From: an uncultured Gemmatimonadales bacterium
Lineage (GTDB): Bacteria > Gemmatimonadota > Gemmatimonadetes > Gemmatimonadales > GWC2-71-9
Assembly (NCBI GenBank): GCA_963739455.1
Contig: CAVUAK010000003.1
Coordinates: 352,001 to 416,000 of the forward strand
Direction of reading: 5' to 3'
Length of the DNA stretch: 64,000 bases
A program made the translations under genes and the position numbers. Shown here one piece after another: positions 33,412 to 45,299 of this stretch. The notes beneath the pieces are model-generated. The model was given only the letters and a program-made list of their open reading frames with translations. It was not told where the DNA came from and did no database searches. How positions within the stretch are numbered: position 1 is the first letter of the stretch; every line of letters starts with the position of its first letter.

Positions 33412-34966
33412 ATGACGCGCAGGATCATCGTTTTCGACACGACGCTCAGGGATGGCGAACAGGCGCCCGGCAACAGCCTCACCGTGGACGAGAAGGTGCG
33501 CCTCGCCCGGCAGCTCGAGGTGCTCGGGGTGGACGTGATCGAGGCCGGCTTCCCGGCGTCCTCCGAAACCGACTTCCGCAGCGTGCAGGAGATCGCGGCC
33601 CAGGTGCGGCGTCCCGTGATCGCCGCGCTGGCCCGGTGTACCGAACGGGACATCGACCTGGCCGGCGAGGCCATCCGCGGCGCCGAGCGGGGCCGGATTC
33701 ACGTGTTCCTCTCCACCTCCGACCTGCACCTCAAGGCCAAGCTGCGCATGACCCGCGAGGAGGCGGTGGAGAAGATCCGCGAAAGCGTGCGTCGCGCGAA
33801 GTCCTTCACCGACGATGTCGAGTGGAGTGCCGAGGATGCCAGTCGCACCGGGCTCGACTTCCTCTGCCAGTGTGTCGAGGTCGCCATCAGTGAGGGTGCC
33901 ACCACGGTCAACCTGCCGGACACGGTGGGCTATGCCACGCCCGAGGAATACGGCGCGATGTTCCGCGAGGTGCGTCGCCGCGTGCCGTCCAGCGCGGGCA
34001 TCGTCCTGAGCGCCCACTGCCACGATGACCTGGGCCTCGCCGTGGCCAACTCGCTCGCGGCCATCAGTGCGGGCGCGGGACAGGTCGAGTGCACCATCAA
34101 CGGCATCGGCGAGCGGGCAGGCAACGCCGCCCTGGAAGAGATCGTCATGGCGGGTCGGGTGCGCGCATCGCAGTACGCCTTCGAGACCGGCATCGAGTCG
34201 CGCGAACTCTATCGCACCAGCCAGATGCTCTCGCACCTCACCGGCAACTTTCCCCAGCCGAACAAGGCCATCGTCGGCCGGAATGCCTTCGCCCACGAGG
34301 CGGGCATCCACCAGCACGGCGTCCTGCAGAACGGGCGCACCTACGAGATCATCGAGCCCGACACCGTCGGCATCGCCCGCTCGTCCCTGGTGCTCGGCCG
34401 TCACTCCGGCCGCCACGCCCTGGCGCGGCGCTTCCAGGAGCTGGGTTACGAAATCGAGGACGAGCAGCTCGGCAACATCTACAAGGAGTTCCTCCAGCTC
34501 GCCGAGCGGAAGCGGCAGATCCTCGATGAAGACCTGCTGGCGCTCCTGCACGAGAGCTTCCACGATGCGCCGGAGGAGTTCCAGCTGAAGCGAGCTACGC
34601 GTCGTGTGCGGCAGCGGCACGGCCACCGCGGACGTGACGCTTGCCGGTCCGTACGTCGGGGCACGCAGCGCGACCGGTACCGGGGACGGTCCGATCGCCG
34701 CCGCCTTCGCCGCTGTCAGCGAGATCGTGGGAAAGACGGTCGAGGTGGAGAGCCTCAATCTCCGTTCGGTGACCCCCGGCCGGGACAGCGTGGGCCAGGT
34801 CTTCCTCCAGGTTCGCGTTGATGGTCGCACGTTCAGCGCCCACAGCGCGTCCACCGACATCGTCGAGGCCAGTGCCCGCGCCATGGTGAACGCACTCAAC
34901 AAGTCGCGCCACGCCGAGTCGCTCGAGGCGGCGGCGCTGGACAGCAACAGCTACTGGGGAGTCTGA
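33412..34966 (+). CDS. leuA: 2-isopropylmalate synthase (frameshift near 34595)
   Basis: [39 protein letters not shown]-terminal regulatory domain G.GPI.A / TDIVEASA.A in the shifted frame. Confidence 0.95.
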
Positions 34967-34971
34967 CCGCC

Positions 34972-36660
34972 TTGTCCGAGATGCTCACCGGCGCCCAGCT
35001 CATGTGCCGCATCCTCCTCGAGGAGGGTGTGGACGTGCTGTTCGGGTATCCCGGCGGCGCGATCATGCCGTTCTACCACGCGCTGCCCGAGTATCCCGGG
35101 CTGCGCCACATCCTCGTGCGGCATGAGCAGGCGGCGGCGCACGCCGCCGACGGCTATGCGCGCGCCTCGGGTCAGGCCGGCGTGTGCGTGGCTACCTCCG
35201 GACCGGGCGCCACCAACCTGGTCACCGGCCTGGCGACGGCGTACATGGACAACTCGCCGGTCGTGGCCATCACCGGGCAGGTCTCCCGCCCCATGATGGG
35301 TCGCGATGCCTTCCAGGAAACCGACATCATCGGCGTGACGCTTCCCATCACCAAGTGGAGCGTGCTGGTCGAGGACATCACCACGCTCGCCGATACCATG
35401 CGCCGCGCATTCGCCATCGCGCGCGGCGGGCGGCCCGGACCCGTGCTGGTGGACGTGCCCAAGGACGTGCAGAACCAGCGCATCGAGTACACCGCCTCGC
35501 GTCGTCGCTCCGGCGCAGCGTGCCGCCCCGGTGGTCGATGCCGGCGCGCTGGCCGATGCGGCGCGGCTCATCGGCGGCGCCGAGCGGCCGCTGATCCTTG
35601 CGGGACACGGCATCATCCTGGGCAACGCCAGCGAGGACCTGCGCATCTTCGCCGAGCACACCGGCATTCCCGTCATCACCACCCTGCTCGGCATCAGCGC
35701 CTTCCCCGAGGATCACCCGCTGCACCTCGGCATGCCGGGCATGCACGGTGAGGTGCACGTCAATCGCGCCATCCAGCATGCCGACCTGCTGATCGCGGTG
35801 GGTATGCGCTTCGACGATCGCGTGACCGGGAACACCGCGGGCTTCGCCCGTCACGCGAAGATTGTCCACATCGAGCTCGATCCCACCGAGATCGGCAAGA
35901 ACGTGCCTGTCGAGGTGCCGCTGGTGGGCGATGCCGGGCCCATCCTCTCCGCGCTGACGCGCGCGCTGGCGCCGCGCTCCTGCACCGCCTGGTGGGAGGA
36001 GATCGACAGTTCGCGCCGGCCGCCGCACGAGCAGTTCCGCGGCGACATCGCACCCGAGGCGATTCTCCGGGCGCATGCACGATGCGAGCGGCGGGAAGTG
36101 CAGCATCGTGGCCGACGTGGGCCAGCACCAGATGTGGGTGGCCAAGCTCTTTCCCGTACCGCCGCCTCAACACCCACTTCTCGTCCGGTGGCCTCGGCGC
36201 CATGGGCTTCGCCGTGCCGGCGGCCATCGGCGTGCACCTGGCGCGCCCCGACGAGCCGGTGTGGGCCATCTCGGGCGACGGTGGCTTCCAGATGAACATG
36301 CAGGAAATGGCGACGATGGTGCAGGAAGGCCTGCCCATCAAGCTCGCGATCTTCAACAACGGGTATCTCGGCATGGTGCGGCAGTGGCAGCAGTTCTTCC
36401 ACGGCCGCCGCTACTCGGCGACGCCGATCTGGAGTCCCGACTACGTGAAGCTGGCCGAGGCGTACGGCATCGCCGGCTACCGGGTCGAGCAGGGCTCACA
36501 GATCGCCGGTGCGGTCGCGGCGGCACTCCGCGATCCCGGCCCCGCGCTCATCGAGTTCGTGATCGAGCAGGAGGCGAACGTCTACCCGATGATCCCGCCC
36601 GGTGCCTCGCTCTCGGAGGTCATCGAGACGGCGCCCGCGCCGGAGCCGGCGTCGGCATGA
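34972..36660 (+). CDS. ilvB: acetolactate synthase large subunit (frameshifts near 35510, 36070, 36155)
   Basis: [67 protein letters not shown]. Confidence 0.93.
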
Positions 36661-37185
36661 GCGAGCTCCATTGCATCACCGTCGTCATGGACGACAAGCT
36701 GGTGACATTGAACGCGGCCGTCGGGCTTCTCCGGCGCCGCAATCTTCCCGTACGGAGCGTGACCTTCGGACCCCATGTCACCGAGGGACGCTCGAGGCTC
36801 TTTGCGATGATCGAGGCAGATGAAGGTGCGGCACAGCGGGTGGCGCTGCTGTTCGAGAAGCTGATCGGCGTGGACGAGGCGCGCATCGGTGCCGGCGGAC
36901 AGACACCGTGGTGCGCGAGCTCGCCCTGATCCGGCGTCCGTCGCCCAGGCCGAGGCGTACGGCGAGCTGCTCGATGTGCTGGGTCTCTACCACGCGAACG
37001 TCATTGAGGAAGGTCCGGACGGGCTGGTGGTCGAGCTGACCGGTCCCGACACCTTCGTGCTGTCGTGCCTGCGTGCCGTCGAGCGGTTCGGCATTGTCGA
37101 TGTCGCCCGGAGCGGTGCGGTCGCCGTCGAGCGGCCGGCCGAGAATCCGCGCGCACCCACCTCCACTGAGGCTTCCGTATCATGA
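36657..37185 (+). CDS. ilvN: acetolactate synthase small regulatory subunit (frameshift 36900-36940)
   Basis: ACT-like N-terminus (GLLRRRNL...S.T), KLIGV, VVELTG, RFGI.DVARSG.VAV; lies between ilvB and ilvC. Confidence 0.8.
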
Positions 37186-38222
37186 GCTCGACGCTCCAGG
37201 TGTTCTACGACAGCGACGCGAACATCGATCGCCTCCTCGGTCGCACCATCGCGGTCATCGGCTTCGGCAGCCAGGGCCATGCGCACGCGCTCAACCTGAA
37301 GGAGTCGGGGCAGAAGGTCATCGTCGGGCTCCGGCCGGGCGGTGCCTCGTGGAAGAAGGCGGAGGCCGCCGGGCTCGACGTGCGCAGTGTCGCCGATGCG
37401 GCGCGTGCCGCCGACATCATCATGCTGCTCGTGCCCGACCAGGACATGCGCGACATCTACGACAAGGGCGTGGCGCAGGGGTTGTCGGCGGGGAAGACAC
37501 TTCTCTTCGCGCACGGCTTCAACATTCACTTCGGCGAGATCAAGCCGCCCGCCGACGTGGACGTCGCCATGATCGCGCCCAAGTCGCCCGGTCACCTGGT
37601 GCGGAGCGAGTACGAGGGCGGGCGCGGCGTGCCCGGCCTGGTCGCCATTCACCAGGACGCGAGCGGCAACGCGCTCGCAGACGCGCTCGCCTACGCCGCG
37701 GGTATCGGCTGTACCCGTGCCGGCGTGATCCAGACGTCGTTCCGCGAGGAGACGGAGACCGACCTGTTCGGCGAGCAGGCGGTGCTCTGCGGCGGGGCCA
37801 CGGCGCTGGTGAAGGCCGGCTTCGATACCCTGGTCAAGAACGGGTACTCGCCCGAAATGGCCTACTTCGAGTGCCTGCACGAGCTCAAGCTGATCGTGGA
37901 CCTCATGTATCGCGGCGGCATGGGCTTCATGCGGTACTCGATCAGCGACACCGCCGAATACGGTGACTACACCCGGGGCCCGCGGATCATCACCGAGGAA
38001 ACCCGCAAGGAGATGCAGCGGATCCTCGACGAGATCCGGAGCGGCGCGTTCGCGAGGGAGTGGCTCGCGGAGAATCGCGCGGGTGGCCCGAATTTCAAGC
38101 GCATGCGCACGGCAGACCACGACCACCTGCTGGAGAAGACCGGCCGGGCCCTCCGCGTCATGATGCCGTGGAGCGAGGAAGGGAAGGCGGCGGCGGCGAA
38201 GGCGGAGCCGGCCACCGTCTGA
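37182..38222 (+). CDS. ilvC: ketol-acid reductoisomerase
   Basis: [54 protein letters not shown]. Confidence 0.97.
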   Translation: MSSTLQVFYDSDANIDRLLGRTIAVIGFGSQGHAHALNLKESGQKVIVGLRPGGASWKKAEAAGLDVRSVADAARAADIIMLLVPDQDMRDIYDKGVAQGLSAGKTLLFAHGFNIHFGEIKPPADVDVAMIAPKSPGHLVRSEYEGGRGVPGLVAIHQDASGNALADALAYAAGIGCTRAGVIQTSFREETETDLFGEQAVLCGGATALVKAGFDTLVKNGYSPEMAYFECLHELKLIVDLMYRGGMGFMRYSISDTAEYGDYTRGPRIITEETRKEMQRILDEIRSGAFAREWLAENRAGGPNFKRMRTADHDHLLEKTGRALRVMMPWSEEGKAAAAKAEPATV

Positions 38223-39666
38223 TGAGCGAGCCGCGCACCCTCTTCCAGAAGATCTGGGATGCCCACGTCGTCCATGCGATGCCGGGGGGGCCAGCGCTGT
38301 TGTATATCGACCTGCACCTGGTGCATGAGGTCACGTCGCCGCAGGCATTCGAGGGCCTGAGGCTCGCGGGGCGCCAGGTGCGCCGGCCCGGCCGGACCCT
38401 GGCCACCGTGGATCACAATGTGCCCACCGGCGATCGGCACCTCCCCATCGCCGACCCGATCGCCGCACAGCAGGTGCGGACGCTCACGACCAATGCGCGA
38501 GCGTTCGGCCTGCCGCTCTTCGACCTCGACTCGCCCGACCAGGGCATCGTGCATGTCATCGGGCCCGAACTTGGTGCCACGCAGCCCGGCATGACGATCG
38601 TGTGCGGCGATTCACACACCTCGACGCACGGCGCGTTCGGCGCGCTCGCATTCGGGATCGGCACCAGCGAGGTGGAGCATGTGCTCGCCACGCAGTGCCT
38701 CATGCAGCAGCGCCCTCGCACCATGGAGGTCCGGTTCGAGGGCACGCTGGCCGATGGCGTAACGGCCAAGGACATGATCCTGGCACTCATCGGGCGCATC
38801 GGTACCGATGGCGCGTCCGGGCATGTGCTCGAGTACCGTGGCAGCGCCATCCGGCAGCTGTCCATGGAAGGGCGCATGACCATCTGCAACATGTCCATCG
38901 AGGCCGGCGCCCGTGCCGGGCTGATCGCGCCCGATGACACCACCTTCGCCTACCTGGCTGGACGGCCGCGTGCGCCCAGCGGCGCCGCGTGGACCGCCGC
39001 GGTTGCGCGCTGGCGCGACCTGGCCACCGACGCGGGCGCAGTCTTCGACCGTTCCATCACGATCGACGTCACGTACGCTGGCACCGCAGGTGACCTGGGG
39101 TACCAATCCCGGGATGGTCGGTGATATCACCGGCCGCGTGCCCGTGCCGAGCGATGATGACTCGGCGGATACCAGGGGTGCGCTGGCGCGCGCACTGGAG
39201 TACATGGGCCTGCGCCCGGGCGAGGCGCTCGAGGGACTCAAGGTCGATCGCGTCTTCCTCGGTTCGTGCACCAACGCGCGACTGGAAGACCTGCGCGAGG
39301 CCGCGTCGGTCGTGCGCGGGCCAGAAGGTGGCACAGGGCGTCCGCGCGATGGTGGTGCCTGGCTCGCAGCGGGTGAAGCGCGCCGCGGAGGCCGAAGGAC
39401 TCGACGATGTCTTCATCCAGGCCGGGTTCGAGTGGCGCAACAGCGGCTGCTCCATGTGCCTGGGCATGAACGACGACGTCCTCGGCAGCGGTGAGCGCTG
39501 TGCATCCACCTCGAACCGCAATTTCGAGGGACGCCAGGGCAAGGGTGGTCGTACCCATCTCATGAGCCCGGTGATGGCCGCTGCTGCCGCCGTGGCGGGC
39601 CGGCTCGTCGACGTGCGCGAGGTGGTTCGGAGGAGTGAACGGACAACGGTGGGCGCTGGGCGGTAG
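38222..39666 (+). CDS. leuC: 3-isopropylmalate dehydratase large subunit (frameshifts near 39070, 39320; 3' end approximate)
   Basis: [57 protein letters not shown]. Confidence 0.95.
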
Positions 39667-39735
39667 TTCCGCACTGGCCACGTTCATCGTTCGCCGTTGC
39701 CGTTTACTCCCTTTCTGCTCGAGGAGCCAGGCCGC

Positions 39736-40342
39736 ATGCAGCCGTTCACCATCCACACCGGAGTCGCCGCGATCCTGCCACGGGTCAACGTCGACACCGA
39801 CCAGATCATCCCGAAGCAGTTCCTGAAGCGGATCGAGCGCACCGGGCTTCGGGAAGCACCTGTTTCATGACTGGCGCTACCTCGCGGATGGGTCGTCGAA
39901 CCCGGAGTTCGAGCTGAACGCGGCGGACGCGGAGGGAGCGAGCATCCTGGTGGCCGGCCCCAACTTCGGCTGCGGGTCGTCCCGGGAGCACGCACCCTGG
40001 GCCCTCGGCGACTATGGCTTCCGTGCCGTCATTGCGCCGTCGTTCGCCGATATTTTCTACAACAACTGCTGCCAGAACGGCCTGCTGCCGGTTCAGCTCG
40101 AGGACGCCGCGGTGCGCGAGCTGTTCGCGCGGGCGGAGCGCGGCGGGCCGTTCGAGCTGACCGTTGACCTGCGCAGTGCGCGTGTCACCGCGGCGGGCGG
40201 GTTTGCAGCTACCTTCGACATGGATCCATATCGCCGGCAGATGCTGCTCGAGGGTCTCGACGAGATTGGCCAGACCCTGCGTCAGGAAACGCGAATCACC
40301 GCCTATGAACGGCGCATGGAAGCACTGGGGAGGCTCGTATGA
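39736..40342 (+). CDS. leuD: 3-isopropylmalate dehydratase small subunit (frameshift near 39851)
   Basis: [45 protein letters not shown]. Confidence 0.95.
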
Positions 40343-41427
40343 CGCAGTATCGCATCGTCGTGCTCGCGGGTGACGGCATCGGCCCGGAGGTCACGGAACA
40401 GGCGACGCGCATCCTCAACGCCGTCGCCGACCGATTTGGGTGGCAGGTCGAGCTGGTTCCCCATCTCATTGGCGGGGTGGCTGCGCGCGCCACCGGGTCG
40501 CCCCTGCCGCCAGACGCGCTCGAGGCGGCCCTCGATTCGGACGCCGTCCTTCTCGGAGCAGTGGGCGATCCCTCGATGGACGCTGCGCCGCGCGAGACCC
40601 GGCCAGAGGCCGGGCTGCTGGCACTGCGGAAGCGCCTGGGCGTCTTTGCCAACCTCCGCCCGGTGCGCGTACGGCCGGCGCTGGCCACGGCCTCGCCGCT
40701 TCGGCCGGAAGTGCTGCACGGAGTGGATGTCCTGATCGTGCGCGAGCTCACTGGCGGGCTCTACTATGGTGAGCCGCGGGGACGCTACGGGAGCAGGGCC
40801 GTGAACACTCTCACCTACGACGCCAGTGAAATCGAGCGAGTCGCCCGGGTCGCATTCGAGGCGGCCAAGAGCCGTGGTGGCCTCGTCACGTCCGTGGACA
40901 AGGCCAACGTGCTCGAGGTATCCCAGCTCTGGCGCGAAACAGTGACCCGCGTCGGCAAGGAATTCCCCACTGTCCGGCTGGATCACCAGCTCGTCGACAC
41001 GATGGCCATGAAGCTCATCGCGTCGCCATCGGCGTTCGATGTCGTGCTCACCGAGAACATGTTTGGCGACATCCTGTCCGATGAGGCCGCGGTGCTGGCC
41101 GGATCCCTCGGACTCCTGCCGTCGGCCTCACTCGGCGATGGTCCGGGCCTCTTCGAACCAGTGCATGGCTCCGCACCCGATATTGCGGGGAAGGGCATCG
41201 CCAACCCGATCGGCGCCATCCTCTCGGTCGCCATGCTCATCCGGTTCGGACTCAAGCAGCCGCAGGCGGCAGAACTGATCGAGCGCGCCGTTGATGAGGT
41301 GGCCGAGCGGGGCTTCCGCACCGCCGATATCGCGAAGCCAGGGGAGCGGCCGCTTTCCACGATCGAAATGGCTAACAACATTCACGACTTGGTGTTGCGC
41401 GGTCAGGGAGCACTCGCGGGGCGCTGA
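40339..41427 (+). CDS. leuB: 3-isopropylmalate dehydrogenase
   Basis: GDGIGPEV, LLALRK, RELTGGLY, VDKANVL, NMFGDILSD, EPVHGSAPDIAG. Confidence 0.97.
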   Translation: MTQYRIVVLAGDGIGPEVTEQATRILNAVADRFGWQVELVPHLIGGVAARATGSPLPPDALEAALDSDAVLLGAVGDPSMDAAPRETRPEAGLLALRKRLGVFANLRPVRVRPALATASPLRPEVLHGVDVLIVRELTGGLYYGEPRGRYGSRAVNTLTYDASEIERVARVAFEAAKSRGGLVTSVDKANVLEVSQLWRETVTRVGKEFPTVRLDHQLVDTMAMKLIASPSAFDVVLTENMFGDILSDEAAVLAGSLGLLPSASLGDGPGLFEPVHGSAPDIAGKGIANPIGAILSVAMLIRFGLKQPQAAELIERAVDEVAERGFRTADIAKPGERPLSTIEMANNIHDLVLRGQGALAGR

Positions 41428-41469
41428 TCGACTGGTGGGGACCCCGGGCGGGGGGTACCTTGGAAGATC

Positions 41470-41880
41470 ATGAAAATCTCCTCGTTGGTCCTGGCCCTGG
41501 TGGCTTTGGTCCCTGCCACCGCAGCGGCGCAAGATTCTGCCAGTACTGCTGCGGCGGAGTGCGCCGCGCAGAAGGTCGGCCTGGTATTCAACCAGACCTT
41601 CTCGAGTCCAGCAGACTTTGGTCGGGTGCTGTTCTGCGCCGGAGCCACCTACAAGGGTGAGACGAATCGGGGCGGCGTCAGGCTCAGTGCGCGGTCGATC
41701 CTGCCCGGGGTCCAGTCGCCCCGCATTACGGAACTGCTGGGCGGAAGCGCATCGGCGGGTGTCGGGGGCGGGGGCGGGATGTACAAGTTCCAGGCTTTTG
41801 CCGATGGCGTCTATGAGATCGGCGTCAACGGCGTGCAGGCCGGAGCCTCGGTCACCCTGAAGATCACCCGCACGAAATAA
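41470..41880 (+). CDS. hypothetical secreted protein
   Basis: Sec signal peptide (AAA-Q), two Cys, codon usage like neighbouring genes. Confidence 0.6.
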   Translation: MKISSLVLALVALVPATAAAQDSASTAAAECAAQKVGLVFNQTFSSPADFGRVLFCAGATYKGETNRGGVRLSARSILPGVQSPRITELLGGSASAGVGGGGGMYKFQAFADGVYEIGVNGVQAGASVTLKITRTK

Positions 41881-41881
41881 G

Positions 41882-43553
41882 TCAGTCGGTCACCGCTCCC
41901 CGGCTCGCGCTGGACACCTGCCTGGCATATTTCGCGAGCACGCCGCGCAGGTAGCGCGGGCGGGGTGCGGTCCACGAGGCGCGGCGCCGCGCCATTTCTG
42001 CCTCATCGATTTCCAGTTGAAGCAGTCGTTGCGGCGCGTCGATCGTAATCGTGTCACCCTCCCGTACCAGCCCGATCGGTCCACCCACCGCCGCCTCGGG
42101 CGACACGTGTCCCACGACCATGCCGTAGGTACCGCCTGAAAAGCGCCCATCGGTAATCAACCCGACGCTGTCACCCAGTCCCGCCCCAATGATCGCCGAG
42201 GTTGGCGCCAGCATTTCTCGCATGCCAGGCCCCCCGACAGGGCCCTCGCTCCGGATGACAAGGATATCGCCGGCGCGAACCTGGCCCGCGAGGATCGCGC
42301 CGAGGCACGCCTCTTCCGACTCGAACACCCGCGCCGGTCCCCGCATGCGTGGGTTCTTCACTCCACTGATCTTTGCCACCGCCCCATCGGGTGCCAGGTT
42401 GCCGCGCAGCACGGCGAGGTGCCCCTCGGCGTACAGCGGCCGGTCCCACGGGTGAATTACCTCCTGACCCGCGGGTGAGCTCGGCCGCCTCCGCGATGTT
42501 TTCCGCAAGCGTCTTCCCGGTGACGGTCAGGCAGTGGCCATGCAGCACGCCATGCTCCAGCAGCAGCTTCATCACTGCGGGGACCCCGCCGGCCTGGTGC
42601 AGGTCGGTGGCGACGAAGCGCCCCGAGGGCTTGAGGTCGCACAGCACCGGTACTCGAGCACGAATCCGCTCGAAGTCGTCGAGCTCGAGGGGAACCTCGG
42701 CCGCATGAGCGATGGCGAGCAGGTGCAGCACGGCGTTCGTCGAGCCGCCCAGGGCCATGCACACGGCGATCCCGTTCTCGAACGCCTCGCGTGTCAGGAT
42801 CTGGCGCGCGGTGATGCCACGGCGGATGCACTCGAGCAGGGCGTCGGCGGAGGCTGCGGCACTCTCCGCCTTCTCCGCGTCCTCGGCTGCCATGGTGGAC
42901 GAGCCCGGAAGGCTCATGCCCATGGCCTCGAACACTGACGACATCGTGTTTGCGGTGAACATCCCGCCACAACTTCCCGCCCCGGGGCACGCCTTCCGTT
43001 CCACCGCCTCGAACTCCGCGCGCGGCAGGTTCCCGGCAGCATGCTGCCCTACCGCCTCGAAGACGCTCACCACCGTGAGGTCCCGGCCAGCGTGATGCCC
43101 CGGCTTGATGGTGCCCCCGTAGACGAACACCGCTGGAATCTTCATTCGTGCCATGGCGATCATGGCACCAGGCATGTTCTTGTCGCAGCCGCCCACCGCC
43201 AGCACACCGTCCATGCTTTGCGCGCCACAGGCTGTCTCAATCGAATCGGCGATTACCTCGCGCGACACCAGTGAGTACTTCATCCCCTCGGTGCCCATCG
43301 AGATTCCGTCGCTCACCGTCACCGTGCCGAAGATCTGCGGCATGCCGCCGCCGGCACGGACGGCCGCTTCGGCCCGGTGCGCAAGGACGTCGAGTCCCGC
43401 ATTGCACGGGGTGATGGTGCTGTAGCCGTTCGCGATCCCCACGATGGGCTTGGTGAAATCGGCGTCGCCGAATCCAACCGCCCTGAGCATTGCGCGATTG
43501 GGGGCGCGCTGGTCGCCCTCGGTGATTGCCTTGCTGTGCTCGTTGAGTGCCAT
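41882..43553 (-). CDS. ilvD: dihydroxy-acid dehydratase (frameshift near 42465)
   Basis: [71 protein letters not shown]. Confidence 0.95.
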
Positions 43554-44051
43554 GGCGCCGGGCTGGAGTAAGGAAGCGGTGGATTCTTACGGAAGATCCC
43601 GCCGGGGTATGGGGCGCGGCAAGCTCAACGGCCCGAGGGAGCTGCCTTGCCCGAAGGCCGCGCCGGGCAAGAATTGCAGAAGCCGCCGTTTTTCATGTGC
43701 AGAATGTATAATTTTGCATATGTTTGACCAAATGAAGTTCAAATGACAGCCAATTGTGCATTAAAGTATTGACAAAGCTGCATAGATATGCGAGCTTTCG
43801 GAAGCCATGAACATGCTTGATCGCCTCGCCGGTAACGCCGGCCCCAATCGAAACGCACAGCCGCGCCGAAATACCGGTGCGGCGATCGTTGTGTGCCCCG
43901 AGCGGAGCGGCTGAGGCAGCCCAGAACCAGCACGTGTCCTCACGCCCCCGCGCATACCCGTGCAGGGGCGTTTGCATATTTGCCCACCCGCTGAGCTCCC
44001 GCCGCTCGGCGGGCGGGATCACCCGAGGCGAGGAGTCAAGAAGACAACGCC

Positions 44052-45245
44052 ATGGCCCGACGCTTCCGACCAATGCTTCTCGCGCTGACGCTCGCAGGCT
44101 CGTTCACCGGCACCGCTGTGGCGCAGGAGGTCGCCAAGCCTGACAGCGCCAAGTCCGATTCCGTCATCGCCATACCGGGGGAAGCGACGGCTGGTCTCAA
44201 GCTTGGGTCGCTGCCGTTCTACCTCGGCGGCTTTGTCACGTCATCCTTCACCCAGTCGTTCGCCCCGACCGGCAACATCCTGGTGGGCCGGTTCTACAAC
44301 CGGTACCAGTCGCAGTTCATGCTGAATGCGGCGGAGCTGAGCGTCACCAAGCCGGTTGACACCAGCAAGCTCGACGCGGGCGCTCGAGTGGAGTTGCTGT
44401 TCGGCCAGGATGCGGCGGTGACCCAGTCGCAGGGACTGTCGATCGGACCGAACGGCGACCTTACCGAGGGTTACGTCACGCTGAACGTGCCCACCGGCGG
44501 CGCGGATCACTGGGTCCAGTTCAAGGTCGGCAAGATGTGGACGATCATGGGCTACGAGGTCATCGCCGATGTGCTCGATCCCAACGCCGACGTCGGCAAC
44601 CAGTTCGTGTACCTCGAGAACTTCACCAACACCGGCCTGGGTGTCGACTTCAAGTTCGGGCCGAAGGTGGATGCCCAGCTGCGGGTCATGAACGGCTGGG
44701 ACGTGGTGGTGGACAACAACAGCGCCCTCTCCTTCATGGGCCGGGTCGGCCTGACGCCGACGCCGGCAGTGACGATTGGCCTGCTCGGCTACGTGGGCCC
44801 GGAGCAGCCCGACAACAACGACAACCTGCGATATGGCTTCGAGGGGCTGGGCACGTTCAAGGTCGGCGCGAAGACCACGATCGTGGCGCAGTTCGACTAC
44901 GGCGAGGAGCAGGGGCTGCTGGCGAATCCCGACGAGAACGCCAAGTGGTGGGGCGGTGGTCTCTGGTTCGTCCAGGACATCTCGCCGGTCTTCAACCTGG
45001 GCCTGCGGGGCGACTACGTCGATGACAAGAACGGCGTTCGTACGTCCGGGGTGCTGGGCTATCAGGTGGCGGATGCCCGGAAGTTTGGCAGCGTCACCGC
45101 CACCCTCAACATTCACGCGTTCCCCAAGGCCGTCATCCGTCCGGAGTTCCGGCTCGACTTCTCCAGCCTCGATGACTATGGCGAGCTCGACGACCCGACG
45201 AGCACGCAGCCGTCGATCGGCGTCACGGTGACCTACCAGTTCTGA
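44052..45245 (+). CDS. outer membrane beta-barrel porin (DUF1597/BBP2-like)
   Basis: Signal peptide, alternating beta-strand pattern, GK..T..GYEVI, NGWD...DNN, RPEFRLD, C-terminal YQF. Confidence 0.75.
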   Translation: MARRFRPMLLALTLAGSFTGTAVAQEVAKPDSAKSDSVIAIPGEATAGLKLGSLPFYLGGFVTSSFTQSFAPTGNILVGRFYNRYQSQFMLNAAELSVTKPVDTSKLDAGARVELLFGQDAAVTQSQGLSIGPNGDLTEGYVTLNVPTGGADHWVQFKVGKMWTIMGYEVIADVLDPNADVGNQFVYLENFTNTGLGVDFKFGPKVDAQLRVMNGWDVVVDNNSALSFMGRVGLTPTPAVTIGLLGYVGPEQPDNNDNLRYGFEGLGTFKVGAKTTIVAQFDYGEEQGLLANPDENAKWWGGGLWFVQDISPVFNLGLRGDYVDDKNGVRTSGVLGYQVADARKFGSVTATLNIHAFPKAVIRPEFRLDFSSLDDYGELDDPTSTQPSIGVTVTYQF

Positions 45246-45299
45246 CCTGGAGCCGAAGGTGAGCGCCGCGCGCGGCGCTCACCTCGTCGCGGTTCGGCG

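Noticed and set aside
32935..34947. Long antisense and alternate-frame ORFs (e.g. 670 aa opposite leuA, and many similar)
   Set aside because: Shadow ORFs expected at high GC with no recognisable motifs; only the final 24 codons of this one are kept as a leader candidate.
33412..43553. Pseudogenised branched-chain amino-acid pathway, or programmed frameshifting
   Set aside because: Catalytic motifs and the attenuator are intact, similar indels affect unrelated genes window-wide, and I saw no consistent slippery motif.
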